Origin: an uncultured bacterium
GTDB lineage: Bacteria > Zixibacteria > MSB-5A5 > CAIYYT01
Reading direction: 5' to 3'
Assembly (NCBI GenBank): GCA_963726455.1
Contig: CAVSCK010000004.1
Location: 576,001-640,000 of the forward strand
DNA: 64,000 bases
The notes beneath the pieces were generated by a model, which saw only the letters and a list, made by a program, of their open reading frames with translations, made no database searches and was not told where the DNA came from. Shown piece by piece: positions 21,830 to 30,450 of this stretch (its first letter is position 1; each line of letters opens with the position of its first letter). The position numbers were made by a program, and so were the translations under genes.

Positions 21830-22387
21830 ATGGTAAAGCAGATATTGGCAGACGCTGAGAATAAGATGAAGAAGTCAATCGCCGCGCTGAAGCATCACTA
21901 CTCGACGGTGCGTTCCGGCAAGGCGAACGTTCAGATGCTTGACGACATCAAAGTTGACTACTATGGCACGCCCACGCCTCTCAAGCAAGTCAGTTCCATT
22001 TCGACGCCTGAGGCGCAGTTGATCGTAGTTCAGCCGTGGGAGAAGACCTTGATCGGCGAAATCATCAAGGCGATTCAGAAATCCAATCTGGGGCTGAATC
22101 CGCAGGCGGATCCGCAAGTGGTCAGAATTCCGGTGCCGCCGCTCTCTGAAGAGAGAAGAAAAGACCTCGTCAAGGTCGTTAAGAAGATGGCAGAAGAAAA
22201 CAAGATCGCCGTCCGCAATATTCGCCGCGAAGGCATCGAGCAGCTCAAGAAGGAAGAAAAGGACCACAAGATTTCCGAAGACGAGTTGAAGGACGGCGAA
22301 GAAAAGATGCAAAATCTTACCAACAAATTCATCGAAGAGACCGACGCGCTCGCTGAGTCCAAAGAAGCTGAGGTGATGGCGGTCTGA
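21830..22387 (+). CDS. frr: Ribosome recycling factor
   Basis: VRSGKAN, VDYYG.PTPL, PPLSEERRKDL, VRNIRR. Confidence 0.97.
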   Translation: MVKQILADAENKMKKSIAALKHHYSTVRSGKANVQMLDDIKVDYYGTPTPLKQVSSISTPEAQLIVVQPWEKTLIGEIIKAIQKSNLGLNPQADPQVVRIPVPPLSEERRKDLVKVVKKMAEENKIAVRNIRREGIEQLKKEEKDHKISEDELKDGEEKMQNLTNKFIEETDALAESKEAEVMAV

Positions 22388-23136
22388 GCGAGAAGCTCAG
22401 TGCTGAGCTGTCGGCACTCGCGGAGAAGCTGTCTCCTGCGAAACTGCCGGTGCATGTTGCCATCATTATGGACGGCAACGGCCGCTGGGCTGAAAAGCGC
22501 GGCCTCGACCGTTCGGCGGGGCACCGAGCAGGCGTCGACGCCGTACGGCGTATCGTCGAAATCAGCGGCGACGTCAACATAAAGTATCTAACCCTCTACA
22601 CATTCTCCGTCGAAAACTGGAATCGCCCCAAATCGGAAGTTGACTTTCTCTTCAAGCTGCTCAACGACACCGCCCGCTCGCAACTGGGCGACCTGATCAG
22701 GAACAACGTGCGGCTGATCGCCACCGGGCAGATTGAGCAGTTGCCGCTGGTGCGCAGAAAGGCACTGTTGCACGCGATCGCCAAGACATCCAAGAATACC
22801 GGGCTGGTGCTTAACCTGGCTTTGAACTACGGCGGACGGATGGAAATCCTGGAGGCGGTCAAACGCATTGCCAAGGAATACAAAGCCAATCGACTCAAGC
22901 TGCCGGAAATAGATGAGGAGAAGTTCGCGACTTATCTGTTTACGCATCCGCTGCCCGATCCGGATTTGTTGATTCGTACTTCGGGCGAGTTTCGGCTGTC
23001 GAATTTTCTCTTGTGGCAAACGTCGTATACGGAACTATTTATCACCAACACCCTCTGGCCTGATTTCAGCCAGAAGGAGTTTCTCGAAATCATCCTCGAT
23101 TACCAGAAACGGGAGCGGCGGTTCGGCAAGTTATGA
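22384..23136 (+). CDS. uppS: Undecaprenyl diphosphate synthase (probable CTG start at 22384; first canonical start GTG 22450)
   Basis: HVAIIMDGNGRWA, FSVENWNRP, DLLIRTSGE.RLSNFLLWQ, ERRFG. Confidence 0.93.
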   Translation: MSEKLSAELSALAEKLSPAKLPVHVAIIMDGNGRWAEKRGLDRSAGHRAGVDAVRRIVEISGDVNIKYLTLYTFSVENWNRPKSEVDFLFKLLNDTARSQLGDLIRNNVRLIATGQIEQLPLVRRKALLHAIAKTSKNTGLVLNLALNYGGRMEILEAVKRIAKEYKANRLKLPEIDEEKFATYLFTHPLPDPDLLIRTSGEFRLSNFLLWQTSYTELFITNTLWPDFSQKEFLEIILDYQKRERRFGKL

Positions 23137-23951
23137 TATCGCGCAATTTGGCGCTGCGACTGCTGATCGCAGCCATCTTCATTCCACTCCTACTGTATGT
23201 CTTCCATCTTGGCGGCGTAGTATTCCTGGCATTGGTTGAACTGCTGATTATTCTGTCACTGTGGGAGCTATTCACTCTTACAGGTATCAGATTATATCTC
23301 TGGCAGAAGCTGGCACTGATATTGGTCGGCGCGTTTCCCGCGATTTCGGTGCAATACCTGCAGAGCCGTTTCCTGTTTGAGACGGTGGCGGCGCTGATCT
23401 TTCTGGTATCGCTGCCGCACGTATTCACGCGCAAGCTGGGAGATATCGGACGGTCGATGGGTATTTCCGCGTTCGGCGTGATTTATCTCGCGGCTGGATT
23501 CACGAGTTTGATTTTGATTCGTAGCGGCAATGTTGTGGACGCCAAGCTGGCTGCGGGTTGGGTGACATTCCTGTTTGCAGCAATCTGGATTATTGACACG
23601 GCGGCGTATTTCTTCGGCTGGAAATTCGGCAAGACTAAGCTGTCGCCGGCGATCAGTCCGCACAAAACTGTCGCCGGATTTGCCGGTGGATTTGTCGGCG
23701 GTATTCTGACAGCGGTGATGTTCAATTTCATCTTTCTGGCGGAGATCGGATTTGTGAAGTTGATTCTGCCCGCGATTATCATTGCGTTTTTCGGGCAGCT
23801 CGGTGATCTGGCGGAGTCAGTTTTCAAGCGAGAGGCCGGAGTCAAGGATTCGTCCAACCTGATACCGGGGCATGGCGGCATTCTCGACCGCTTCGATTCA
23901 CTCGTGTTCGCGGCGCCCGCGCTGTACATCTACTTGCGTTTGGTCTCCTGA
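23133..23951 (+). CDS. cdsA: Phosphatidate cytidylyltransferase
   Basis: Multi-TM; SPHKT..G, GDLAES.FKR..GVKDS..IPGHGGILDRFD. Confidence 0.95.
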   Translation: MISRNLALRLLIAAIFIPLLLYVFHLGGVVFLALVELLIILSLWELFTLTGIRLYLWQKLALILVGAFPAISVQYLQSRFLFETVAALIFLVSLPHVFTRKLGDIGRSMGISAFGVIYLAAGFTSLILIRSGNVVDAKLAAGWVTFLFAAIWIIDTAAYFFGWKFGKTKLSPAISPHKTVAGFAGGFVGGILTAVMFNFIFLAEIGFVKLILPAIIIAFFGQLGDLAESVFKREAGVKDSSNLIPGHGGILDRFDSLVFAAPALYIYLRLVS

Positions 23952-23988
23952 ATTGCCGTCTAAGTGTGGAACAATTGCTCGATTGGTT

Positions 23989-24810
23989 GTGGGAAAGGTT
24001 GCTAGACTCTTGGTAACAGTCTTCGTGATCATTATTGGCGTCTACGTGGTAGTGTGCGCGGCAGCGTTCCTCATGCAACGCCAACTGATTTACCATCCGT
24101 TCAAGCACATCATCTCCACCCCCGAGGCAGTTGGCCTAGATTATGAGGAACTGAAGTTGCAGTCGCCGGATGGTGTTAACTTCATAGTCTGGAGCATCCC
24201 GAACGATTCGGCGAAAATCAACGTCGTCTATTTCCACGGCAACGCGGAGAACGTATCGAACAATGTCAATACCTATAAGCTGTTTCATGATCTGGGCGTC
24301 AACGTGTATGCCTTCGAGTATCGCGGCTATGCAGATGCTGAGGGATCGCCTTCGGAGGATCTCGTGGCTGCCGATCTTGCGACCTTCGCAGACTATCTGC
24401 GCGCGCATCTCAACTCGGGTTCGCATGTGGTGGCATTGGGTCGTTCTCTCGGCGGGGGAGTGGCTGTCAAGTTCACGAATTGTTATCCGGTCGACGGGTT
24501 GATATTGGAATCAACGTTCAGCTCGTTGGCTGATGTGGGCAAGGCCGCGTTTCCATACCTGCCGGTTTCTCTGTTACTACGGGAGAAATACAACAGCGCG
24601 GAGATCATCAGGACATTCGACAAACCATTGCTGTCGATTCATAGTCCGGACGACGAAGTGATACCCTACGCGCTCGGCAGAAAGCTGTACGACGCCGCGA
24701 TAGGGGAGAAGCGTTTCGTCGAGATCACCGGCTCCCACAATTCCGGATTTCTCGAATGCGATAGCATCCTCCGTGACGCCTACGGGACTTTTCTCGCCCG
24801 TTTTCGCTAG
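23989..24810 (+). CDS. Alpha/beta hydrolase (ABHD13/17-like) with N-terminal anchor
   Basis: YFHGNAE, YRGY, GRSLGG nucleophile elbow, DEVIP, GSHN. Confidence 0.88.
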   Translation: MGKVARLLVTVFVIIIGVYVVVCAAAFLMQRQLIYHPFKHIISTPEAVGLDYEELKLQSPDGVNFIVWSIPNDSAKINVVYFHGNAENVSNNVNTYKLFHDLGVNVYAFEYRGYADAEGSPSEDLVAADLATFADYLRAHLNSGSHVVALGRSLGGGVAVKFTNCYPVDGLILESTFSSLADVGKAAFPYLPVSLLLREKYNSAEIIRTFDKPLLSIHSPDDEVIPYALGRKLYDAAIGEKRFVEITGSHNSGFLECDSILRDAYGTFLARFR

Positions 24811-24830
24811 ATAAATTTCCGACAAAAATA

Positions 24831-24860
24831 AAAGCGCCGATCTCGCAACCGACGCTTTGA
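24831..24860 (-). terminator. Imperfect terminator hairpin downstream of the Cys-type DUF1573 gene
   Basis: AAAGCGCCGAT..ACCGACGCTTT; homologous to the hairpin at 27116-27143. Confidence 0.45.
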
Positions 24861-24887
24861 CAATTGTATCAGTCGAGTAATTCGGTC

Positions 24888-25685
24888 TTACTTGCTTGCC
24901 TTGGACGTGGTGTCAGCCGGAGTTCCGGGCGCCGGTTTGTTGGCTGGCGCGGCCTGAATCTGCGGCATAATCACTTGCTTGGCGAGGCCGGTCGGAATTG
25001 TGTAACGGGTACCGGCCGCATCATTCAACTGGAATGTAAAAGACTTCTTGAATTCCTGGTCCGTAACCGACGCCTGAATCCTAACCTTGATCTCTTTATC
25101 CTTGCCCGGCTTGATTTCCGAATCGGGGAGGTCGATCTTGAGGTAACCATAGGGCTGGCTGACTAGCTTCAGACGCACGGTGTTCTTGGAGACGTTCTTG
25201 ACGACAACTTTCATCTCTTTGTCGCGGTTCTTGTCGTCCCACCTGATCGTGCTCGCTGAGAGAGCAAGAGGCAAAAGAGAATCAGGTTTCTCATAAGTTG
25301 TCCCTTTGAACGTCAGCTGAAATGATGAGCGGTCGGGATCGTTACTGGTGACTGCGGCCGACTTGGTCACCGGCCCGTGGCTGCCGCGGGAGGCGGTGAA
25401 AATCAACTCCACTTCGGCGCTATCACCGGCGGCGACTACGTCTTTCTTGAGGGGCGCCTTGGTGCAACCGCATCCGGGTTGGACTTTGAGGATCTTCAGC
25501 GAATCGATTCCCTTGTTCAGAAAGAAGTAGGAGTGACTGACGGCCTCACCTGCAGGAATGTAGCCGAAGTCGAATGAAGTTTGATCGATATACAATTTAG
25601 CTCCGATCGAAGGGCTTGCCTGAGCCAGGGCGGAGCCGCCGGCGAGGAGCAAAATGGCCATAGTGATAGGACGAAGGTAGTACAT
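24888..25685 (-). CDS. Secreted DUF1573-like Ig-fold protein, Cys form (PGCGCT)
   Basis: Signal peptide, FDFG.I...VSH.Y.F.N.G.DSL.I.KVQPGCGCT, second Ig-like domain; GGAGG SD before ATG 25685. Confidence 0.85.
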   Translation of the reverse strand: MYYLRPITMAILLLAGGSALAQASPSIGAKLYIDQTSFDFGYIPAGEAVSHSYFFLNKGIDSLKILKVQPGCGCTKAPLKKDVVAAGDSAEVELIFTASRGSHGPVTKSAAVTSNDPDRSSFQLTFKGTTYEKPDSLLPLALSASTIRWDDKNRDKEMKVVVKNVSKNTVRLKLVSQPYGYLKIDLPDSEIKPGKDKEIKVRIQASVTDQEFKKSFTFQLNDAAGTRYTIPTGLAKQVIMPQIQAAPANKPAPGTPADTTSKASK

Positions 25686-25738
25686 GGTATCCTCCATTTC
25701 GTGGATATTTATATTGGTTCGGTTAACTTGCTACAGGA

Positions 25739-26443
25739 CTACGATAGCAACTTCCTCGCAGCCAGCCGCAGGAGACTGGTTGATTCGTTGCGGAAGATCG
25801 GAGCAATGTCGTCAATCTGGCAACAACCCAGTTTGAGAATGGCCTCGACGACAACTCGCGCGTCCTGCTCCGTCTTCAGGTCGGATATCGTCAGACGACA
25901 GGTTTCGCGACATTCACCAACAGAGAGACGGATTTCATTTGTTTCCAGAGTGTCCAGCAACGTGGAAGCTTTATCTCTTTCCATTCCCAGCGCACTCAGA
26001 AGGGAAGTAATTTTCGGATTCTCTTCCGCGATACTCTTCTCCACGCCGGCGATGGCAACCTGATATCCAACCACCTGCCTGACGTTAAATGGCACCAAGG
26101 CGGCAATGAGGAAGACCAAGGCCACGGAACCAACGGCTACCAGGTAACGAACTCTGGGGAGACTACCGGAGGCCCGTTCCCAAATCGACCACAGAACGCC
26201 GGGGCGAGTCTCGGCTGCAGCCGCTTTCAACGCGACGCTCCGAACAACCTCCAACGGCAAATCATACGGCGGTTCGATATTGCTCACCGTGGCCAGATCA
26301 TCGATCAGGTTCTCTTCGGCCTGAACCAGCAAGCGGCAGTCGGCGCAGTTGCGGAGATGTTTCATCAACGCCTGGTCTTCAGCGCACTCGCTACGGCGCC
26401 ATTGGTGCAGTGCTAGTCGCTTTCTGGCGTGGCGGCACAACAT
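25739..26443 (-). CDS. Zinc-binding (ZAS/zf-HC2) membrane anti-sigma factor
   Basis: HLRNCADC motif, one TM helix, overlaps the sigma gene. Confidence 0.75.
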   Translation of the reverse strand: MLCRHARKRLALHQWRRSECAEDQALMKHLRNCADCRLLVQAEENLIDDLATVSNIEPPYDLPLEVVRSVALKAAAAETRPGVLWSIWERASGSLPRVRYLVAVGSVALVFLIAALVPFNVRQVVGYQVAIAGVEKSIAEENPKITSLLSALGMERDKASTLLDTLETNEIRLSVGECRETCRLTISDLKTEQDARVVVEAILKLGCCQIDDIAPIFRNESTSLLRLAARKLLS

Positions 26444-26982
26444 GTGCGTTCATCTCCTCGATCAGAGTTACGATTGTCAGTCCGGCAAAAGGCACCGGCC
26501 AATTTCTTTCTCATCTTGTCGCGCGCGCGTGACAGGCGCATCTTTATTGCCCCTTGAGACTGGCCCACCAATTCCGCGAGTTCAGCAATCCGCCATCCCT
26601 CCAGTTCAGCCAGCGTCACCAGAATGCGATCATCGGGCGAGAGAGCGGACAAGGCAATATCCAGTCTTCTTCTCGCAGCATACTGTCGCGCAGGATTTTC
26701 AGAACCGATCCGGGTATCACTTTCTGACGACACCGGTATCAATTTTTTCCACCAAGCGCTCCGAAAGCGGGCCTTGAATGAATGGTTGATGATCTGATAG
26801 AACCAGGGCCGGAAGGAGTCGATCTGTCTGAGCCCGGCGTAACCCCGATAGGCCGCAATCACGGAATCCTGGTACAAGTCATCTCCTTCTTCGCAGTTGC
26901 CCACGAGGCGACTGCAGTAAGCTCTGGCTTTCCGATGTTCGGTTTCGATCAGCTGCCAGAATGTGGTGCTCTGTCGTTCCAC
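26413..26982 (-). CDS. ECF RNA polymerase sigma factor
   Basis: DDLYQDS..AY, FRPWFYQI..H, ELEG..IAELA..VG.SQGAIKMRLSRAR; GTG start at 26982. Confidence 0.9.
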   Translation of the reverse strand: MERQSTTFWQLIETEHRKARAYCSRLVGNCEEGDDLYQDSVIAAYRGYAGLRQIDSFRPWFYQIINHSFKARFRSAWWKKLIPVSSESDTRIGSENPARQYAARRRLDIALSALSPDDRILVTLAELEGWRIAELAELVGQSQGAIKMRLSRARDKMRKKLAGAFCRTDNRNSDRGDERTCCAATPESD

Positions 26983-26992
26983 TTGCTTATAA

Positions 26993-27020
26993 AGATGCTT
27001 TGTAGCGCCAAAAGGTAACA
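26993..27020 (-). promoter_or_regulatory. Candidate ECF autoregulatory promoter
   Basis: TGTTACC-N15-GCATCT ending 10 nt before the sigma GTG. Confidence 0.45.
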
Positions 27021-27115
27021 ATATTTCGCATGGATGTCCGAATTGCCTCCGAATATGGTACAACCGCCGGGTATCCAGCGATTAGGGAATTGAAATCATG
27101 GAGTTAGCGGATAAG

Positions 27116-27143
27116 AAAAGCGCCGATCTTGCGATCGGCGCTT
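27116..27143 (-). terminator. Intrinsic terminator after the TGA-containing DUF1573 gene
   Basis: AAGCGCCGATC-ttgc-GATCGGCGCTT perfect stem, T tract on the minus strand. Confidence 0.7.
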
Positions 27144-27173
27144 GGATAATCAGGTCAGGCAAATAGATCTGTG

Positions 27174-27974
27174 CTACTTGCTCGTCTTGGCCGAGGTGTC
27201 AGCCGGAGTGCTGGGCGCCGGCTTCTTGGCGGGCGCGGCCTGAATCTGCGGCATAATCACTTGCTTGGCGAGGACGGTCGGAATCGTGTAACGACTTCCG
27301 GTCGAATCATTCACCTGGAAGGTGAAAGACTTCTTGAATTCCTGGTCCGTAACCGACGGCTGAATCTTAACCTTGATCTCTTTATCCTTGCCCGCCTTGA
27401 TTTCCGCATCGGGAAGGTCGATCTTGAGGTAGCCATAGGGCTGGCTGACAAGATTCAAGCGCACAGAGTTCTTGGAGACGTTCTTAACGACGACTTTCAT
27501 CTCTTTGTCGCGATTTTTCTCGTCCCACTTGATCGTTGCTGCAGACAAGGTCAGCGGCGACAGTGAATCGGGGCTGTCATAAGTCTTGGCTTTCAGCGAA
27601 AGCTGGAAATTGCCGCGATCATTGTCGTTGCACGTCACGGTCGCACTCTTGGTGACCGGTCCGGCATGTCCTCCCTTAGTGGAGGTAAAAATCAGTTCAA
27701 CTTCAGCGCTGTCACCGACAGCGACCACTTCTTTCTTAAGTGGAGCTTTGGTGCAGCCTCAGCCAGGCTGGACTTTCAGAATCTTGAGAGAGTCCGTGCC
27801 CTTGCTGAGGAAGAAGAACGAATGACTGACTGTTTCGCCACCGGGGATGTACCCGAAATCGAAACTAGTCTGGTCGATATAGAGTTTGGCGCCCTGACCC
27901 TTGGTCTCCTGTGCCAACGCGACGGCTGCGACCATAAGCAGAACGGACAAACCTATAAGAGCTAGTTTCCTCAA
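27174..27974 (-). CDS. Secreted DUF1573-like protein with in-frame TGA (27759-27761) at the first Cys of CGC; candidate selenoprotein (PG-U-GCT)
   Basis: ORFs 27759-27986 and 27174-27728 are in frame and read KVQPG*GCTKAPLKKEVV, against KVQPGCGCTKAPLKKDVV in the paralog; SD GGAGGA before TTG 27974. Confidence 0.75.
27707..27753 (-). promoter_or_regulatory. Candidate bacterial SECIS-like structure 3' of the TGA
   Basis: CCACUU-aagaaag-AAGUGG (loop 21 nt after UGA) and CGCUGUC-ggu-GACAGCG (loop 42 nt after UGA). Confidence 0.55.
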
Positions 27975-28098
27975 CTTGTCCTCCATAGGTTCATAGGTAT
28001 TTTCATGTGTCTAATTTACTCATTTCCATGTCGACTGTCAACTTCTAACCTCATTATACCCGCGTACAATGAGTGTACGTCGAGTATTTGCGTAATTC

Positions 28099-28836
28099 TT
28101 AGCTCTTCTTTTCGCTCGCCTTGAGCGCGGGTTGCGACTCCGCCACGTGAATCGGGAATGTATAGCGGGACTTCGCGGCGTCCGACATCTCAATGGTGAA
28201 TGACTTATTGTAATACTTCTCCTTCAGGCCGGTTTTCAGGTGGATGACCACATCGGCTTTGGCGCCGGGTGCGATTGGTTCCTGTGGCAGGTCAATCGAA
28301 ACCAGGTCTTCCGGAGATACAACCAGTCTTGCCGTGAGCGGCTCTTTCGAGACATTCTTCAGAACCACGGAAACGGATTTCCCTTTATCCGTCGACGACA
28401 ATCGCACTCTTCTGTTTTTCAATACTGCGATCGGGCCGGTCGACTCATCGGTGGTATAGATGTAGGTGCGGAATGATACTTCGTACTGGCTGGCGGCCGG
28501 GTCGTTGCAGTAAATCGTTGCCGTGCGCGTCTGCTTCTTTTCACGTTTGTTGTTGTCGAAGATGATCTCAAGAGGCAGACTATCATTAACGGCAATCACG
28601 CCCTCGCTGATTGGCGCCTTCGTACATCCGCAAGTTAGCTTCACGCGAAAGATTCGCAGGGAATCGGTACCGATGTTATTTACCCAATAGGTGTGCGAAA
28701 CGATGCTGGAATCCGGCATGAAGCCCATCTCGAACGACGGTTCGACCACTAGTAAGCGCGGGCCTCGCTGCTGGCCAAACACTACGCCGCTTAAAATCAA
28801 GGAAACGATCAAACCGAACTTTGTAACCAGCCGCAT
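28099..28836 (-). CDS. Secreted DUF1573-like protein (TCGCT)
   Basis: Signal peptide, VSHTY...N.GTDSLRI.RVKLTCGCTKAP, KSFTIE..D...RYT.P. Confidence 0.82.
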   Translation of the reverse strand: MRLVTKFGLIVSLILSGVVFGQQRGPRLLVVEPSFEMGFMPDSSIVSHTYWVNNIGTDSLRIFRVKLTCGCTKAPISEGVIAVNDSLPLEIIFDNNKREKKQTRTATIYCNDPAASQYEVSFRTYIYTTDESTGPIAVLKNRRVRLSSTDKGKSVSVVLKNVSKEPLTARLVVSPEDLVSIDLPQEPIAPGAKADVVIHLKTGLKEKYYNKSFTIEMSDAAKSRYTFPIHVAESQPALKASEKKS

Positions 28837-28882
28837 AATTCTTCTTCTGTTAAGATAACCGATAATTCCTACCTGGATCGAC

Positions 28883-29623
28883 TCACTCCACCAAACTGAT
28901 TGGCACTGTAAAACGCGTCATTTTGTTATCTGTGACGGCAAAAGTCAAGTACTCTTGAAACTTTGACACGGGGCAGGCCGGATTAAACTTGATCCTGATC
29001 TTGTCGCTGCCGCCCTTCGGGATCGGCTTGCCCGGCAGTTCAACGCTGCAGAATGATCTGTTAGGCATTGTGACCAGGCGCGCTTGTATGGCTACGCCGG
29101 CGAGATTGCGAATCTCAATTTCGGCTTCGGTGGCGCCTTTCTTCTTGAATACAACGCTGTCCGGTACGACCCGAACCGCCGCTGCAATATCACCCGGCCG
29201 ATAGCTGAATCCGCGCAGTTGAATGGTGACTTTGCCGATGTTGGTATCATTGAGGAGTAGTGAGGGGGTCTTGATGAACTGGCCGCTACTGGTCGCAGCC
29301 AGATTCAGAGTGATGTTTACCGTGAGTGTCTCTCCGGGCGCCGCCACGCGATCGGGAACCGGGATTTTGGTGCAACCACAGCCGGCCGCAGTTCTGATCA
29401 CGCGCAAGGTGGAGTCGGAATGGTTCACAATTTGGACCTGATGCTTAAGTAGCGTGCCAAAGGGTACATAACCGTAGTCAAAATCTGCACCAATGATCTG
29501 CACCGGTGAACTAGCGGCACTGGCGGATGCGAATAATGCCAGCAGCGCAAGAATCGACAATGCGGAGCTACAAACGGCGCGACTCCACTTTCGGTAACTT
29601 ACGAATGATCTTAAACTTAGCAT
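28883..29623 (-). CDS. Secreted DUF1573-like protein (GCGCT)
   Basis: Signal-like hydrophobic stretch, FDYGYVP, AAGCGCTKIP, RFTVP; start uncertain. Confidence 0.75.
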   Translation of the reverse strand: MLSLRSFVSYRKWSRAVCSSALSILALLALFASASAASSPVQIIGADFDYGYVPFGTLLKHQVQIVNHSDSTLRVIRTAAGCGCTKIPVPDRVAAPGETLTVNITLNLAATSSGQFIKTPSLLLNDTNIGKVTIQLRGFSYRPGDIAAAVRVVPDSVVFKKKGATEAEIEIRNLAGVAIQARLVTMPNRSFCSVELPGKPIPKGGSDKIRIKFNPACPVSKFQEYLTFAVTDNKMTRFTVPISLVE

Positions 29624-29728
29624 TATCGAACGCAACTGACGAGCATACCTCTGCTTCGCATTTTTCCTTTTATACAAGGATCGGCAGAAGCGGTCCAAAC
29701 ATTTTTGGCCAAAACTCGATAAAAATGA

Positions 29729-29758
29729 TTGACACCCTGCACATCAGTGCAGTATCAT
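29729..29758 (+). promoter_or_regulatory. lexA promoter with LexA operator TGCAC-N4-GTGCA
   Basis: TTGACA-cc-CTGCAC atca GTGCAG-TATCAT; the palindrome fills the -35/-10 spacer. Confidence 0.75.
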
Positions 29759-29796
29759 GGTTGAAGGGCAGGGAATCAGTTTGACAGGAGGTTGGA

Positions 29797-30411
29797 ATGG
29801 TTCCTTACGAAGACCTTACAGACCGACAGCGGGCGATTTACGCCTACATCGAGGAGCGGATCAACCGGGACGGCCAGCCGCCTACGATTCGCGAAATCGG
29901 CCAGAAGTTCGGGATTTCGTCGACCAACGGCGTGCGCTCGTTTCTCAATGCGCTGATCAAGAAAGGCTACATCTCAAAGTCCTCGGCCGTGGCGCGCGGA
30001 ATTCGGCTGGTCAAGGAAAACGCCGAGGCCATGATGATACCGCTGGTTGGCCAGGTGGCAGCCGGCATGCCGCTGACGGCGGAGGAGAATATCTCCGAAC
30101 GGATCGTTGTCGATCGCTCGTTTGCGCCGTCGGGGGATTTGTTCACGCTCAGGGTCAAGGGCGACAGCATGAAGAACGCCGGTATTTTCAACGGCGACTT
30201 TGTGCTGGTTCGCAAGCAGCCGTCGGCGAGTGCGGGCGATATTGTTGTGGCGGTGATCGGGGATGAGGCGACGGTCAAGCGCTACTTTCCCGAACGCAAA
30301 CATGTGCGGCTGCAACCGGAGAACGAGGCGTTCGGACCGATCATTATCGAACGCAGCGCGCCGGGATTCTATCTCGCGGGCAAAGTTGTCGGCTTGATGC
30401 GCCGGATGTGA
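29797..30411 (+). CDS. lexA: SOS repressor LexA
   Basis: LTDRQ, PPTIREI, VAAG cleavage site, GDSM, ATVKR. Confidence 0.96.
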   Translation: MVPYEDLTDRQRAIYAYIEERINRDGQPPTIREIGQKFGISSTNGVRSFLNALIKKGYISKSSAVARGIRLVKENAEAMMIPLVGQVAAGMPLTAEENISERIVVDRSFAPSGDLFTLRVKGDSMKNAGIFNGDFVLVRKQPSASAGDIVVAVIGDEATVKRYFPERKHVRLQPENEAFGPIIIERSAPGFYLAGKVVGLMRRM

Positions 30412-30450
30412 GAAATGGCGTTAGGTGGTTCACGCTTGATTGCCTGGTTT

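Noticed and set aside
27759-27761. Genome-wide TGA reassignment (to Trp or Gly) as the explanation for the in-frame TGA
   Set aside because: TGA ends conserved genes at their expected positions (rpsB, frr, uppS, lexA, leuS), and Trp is encoded by TGG.
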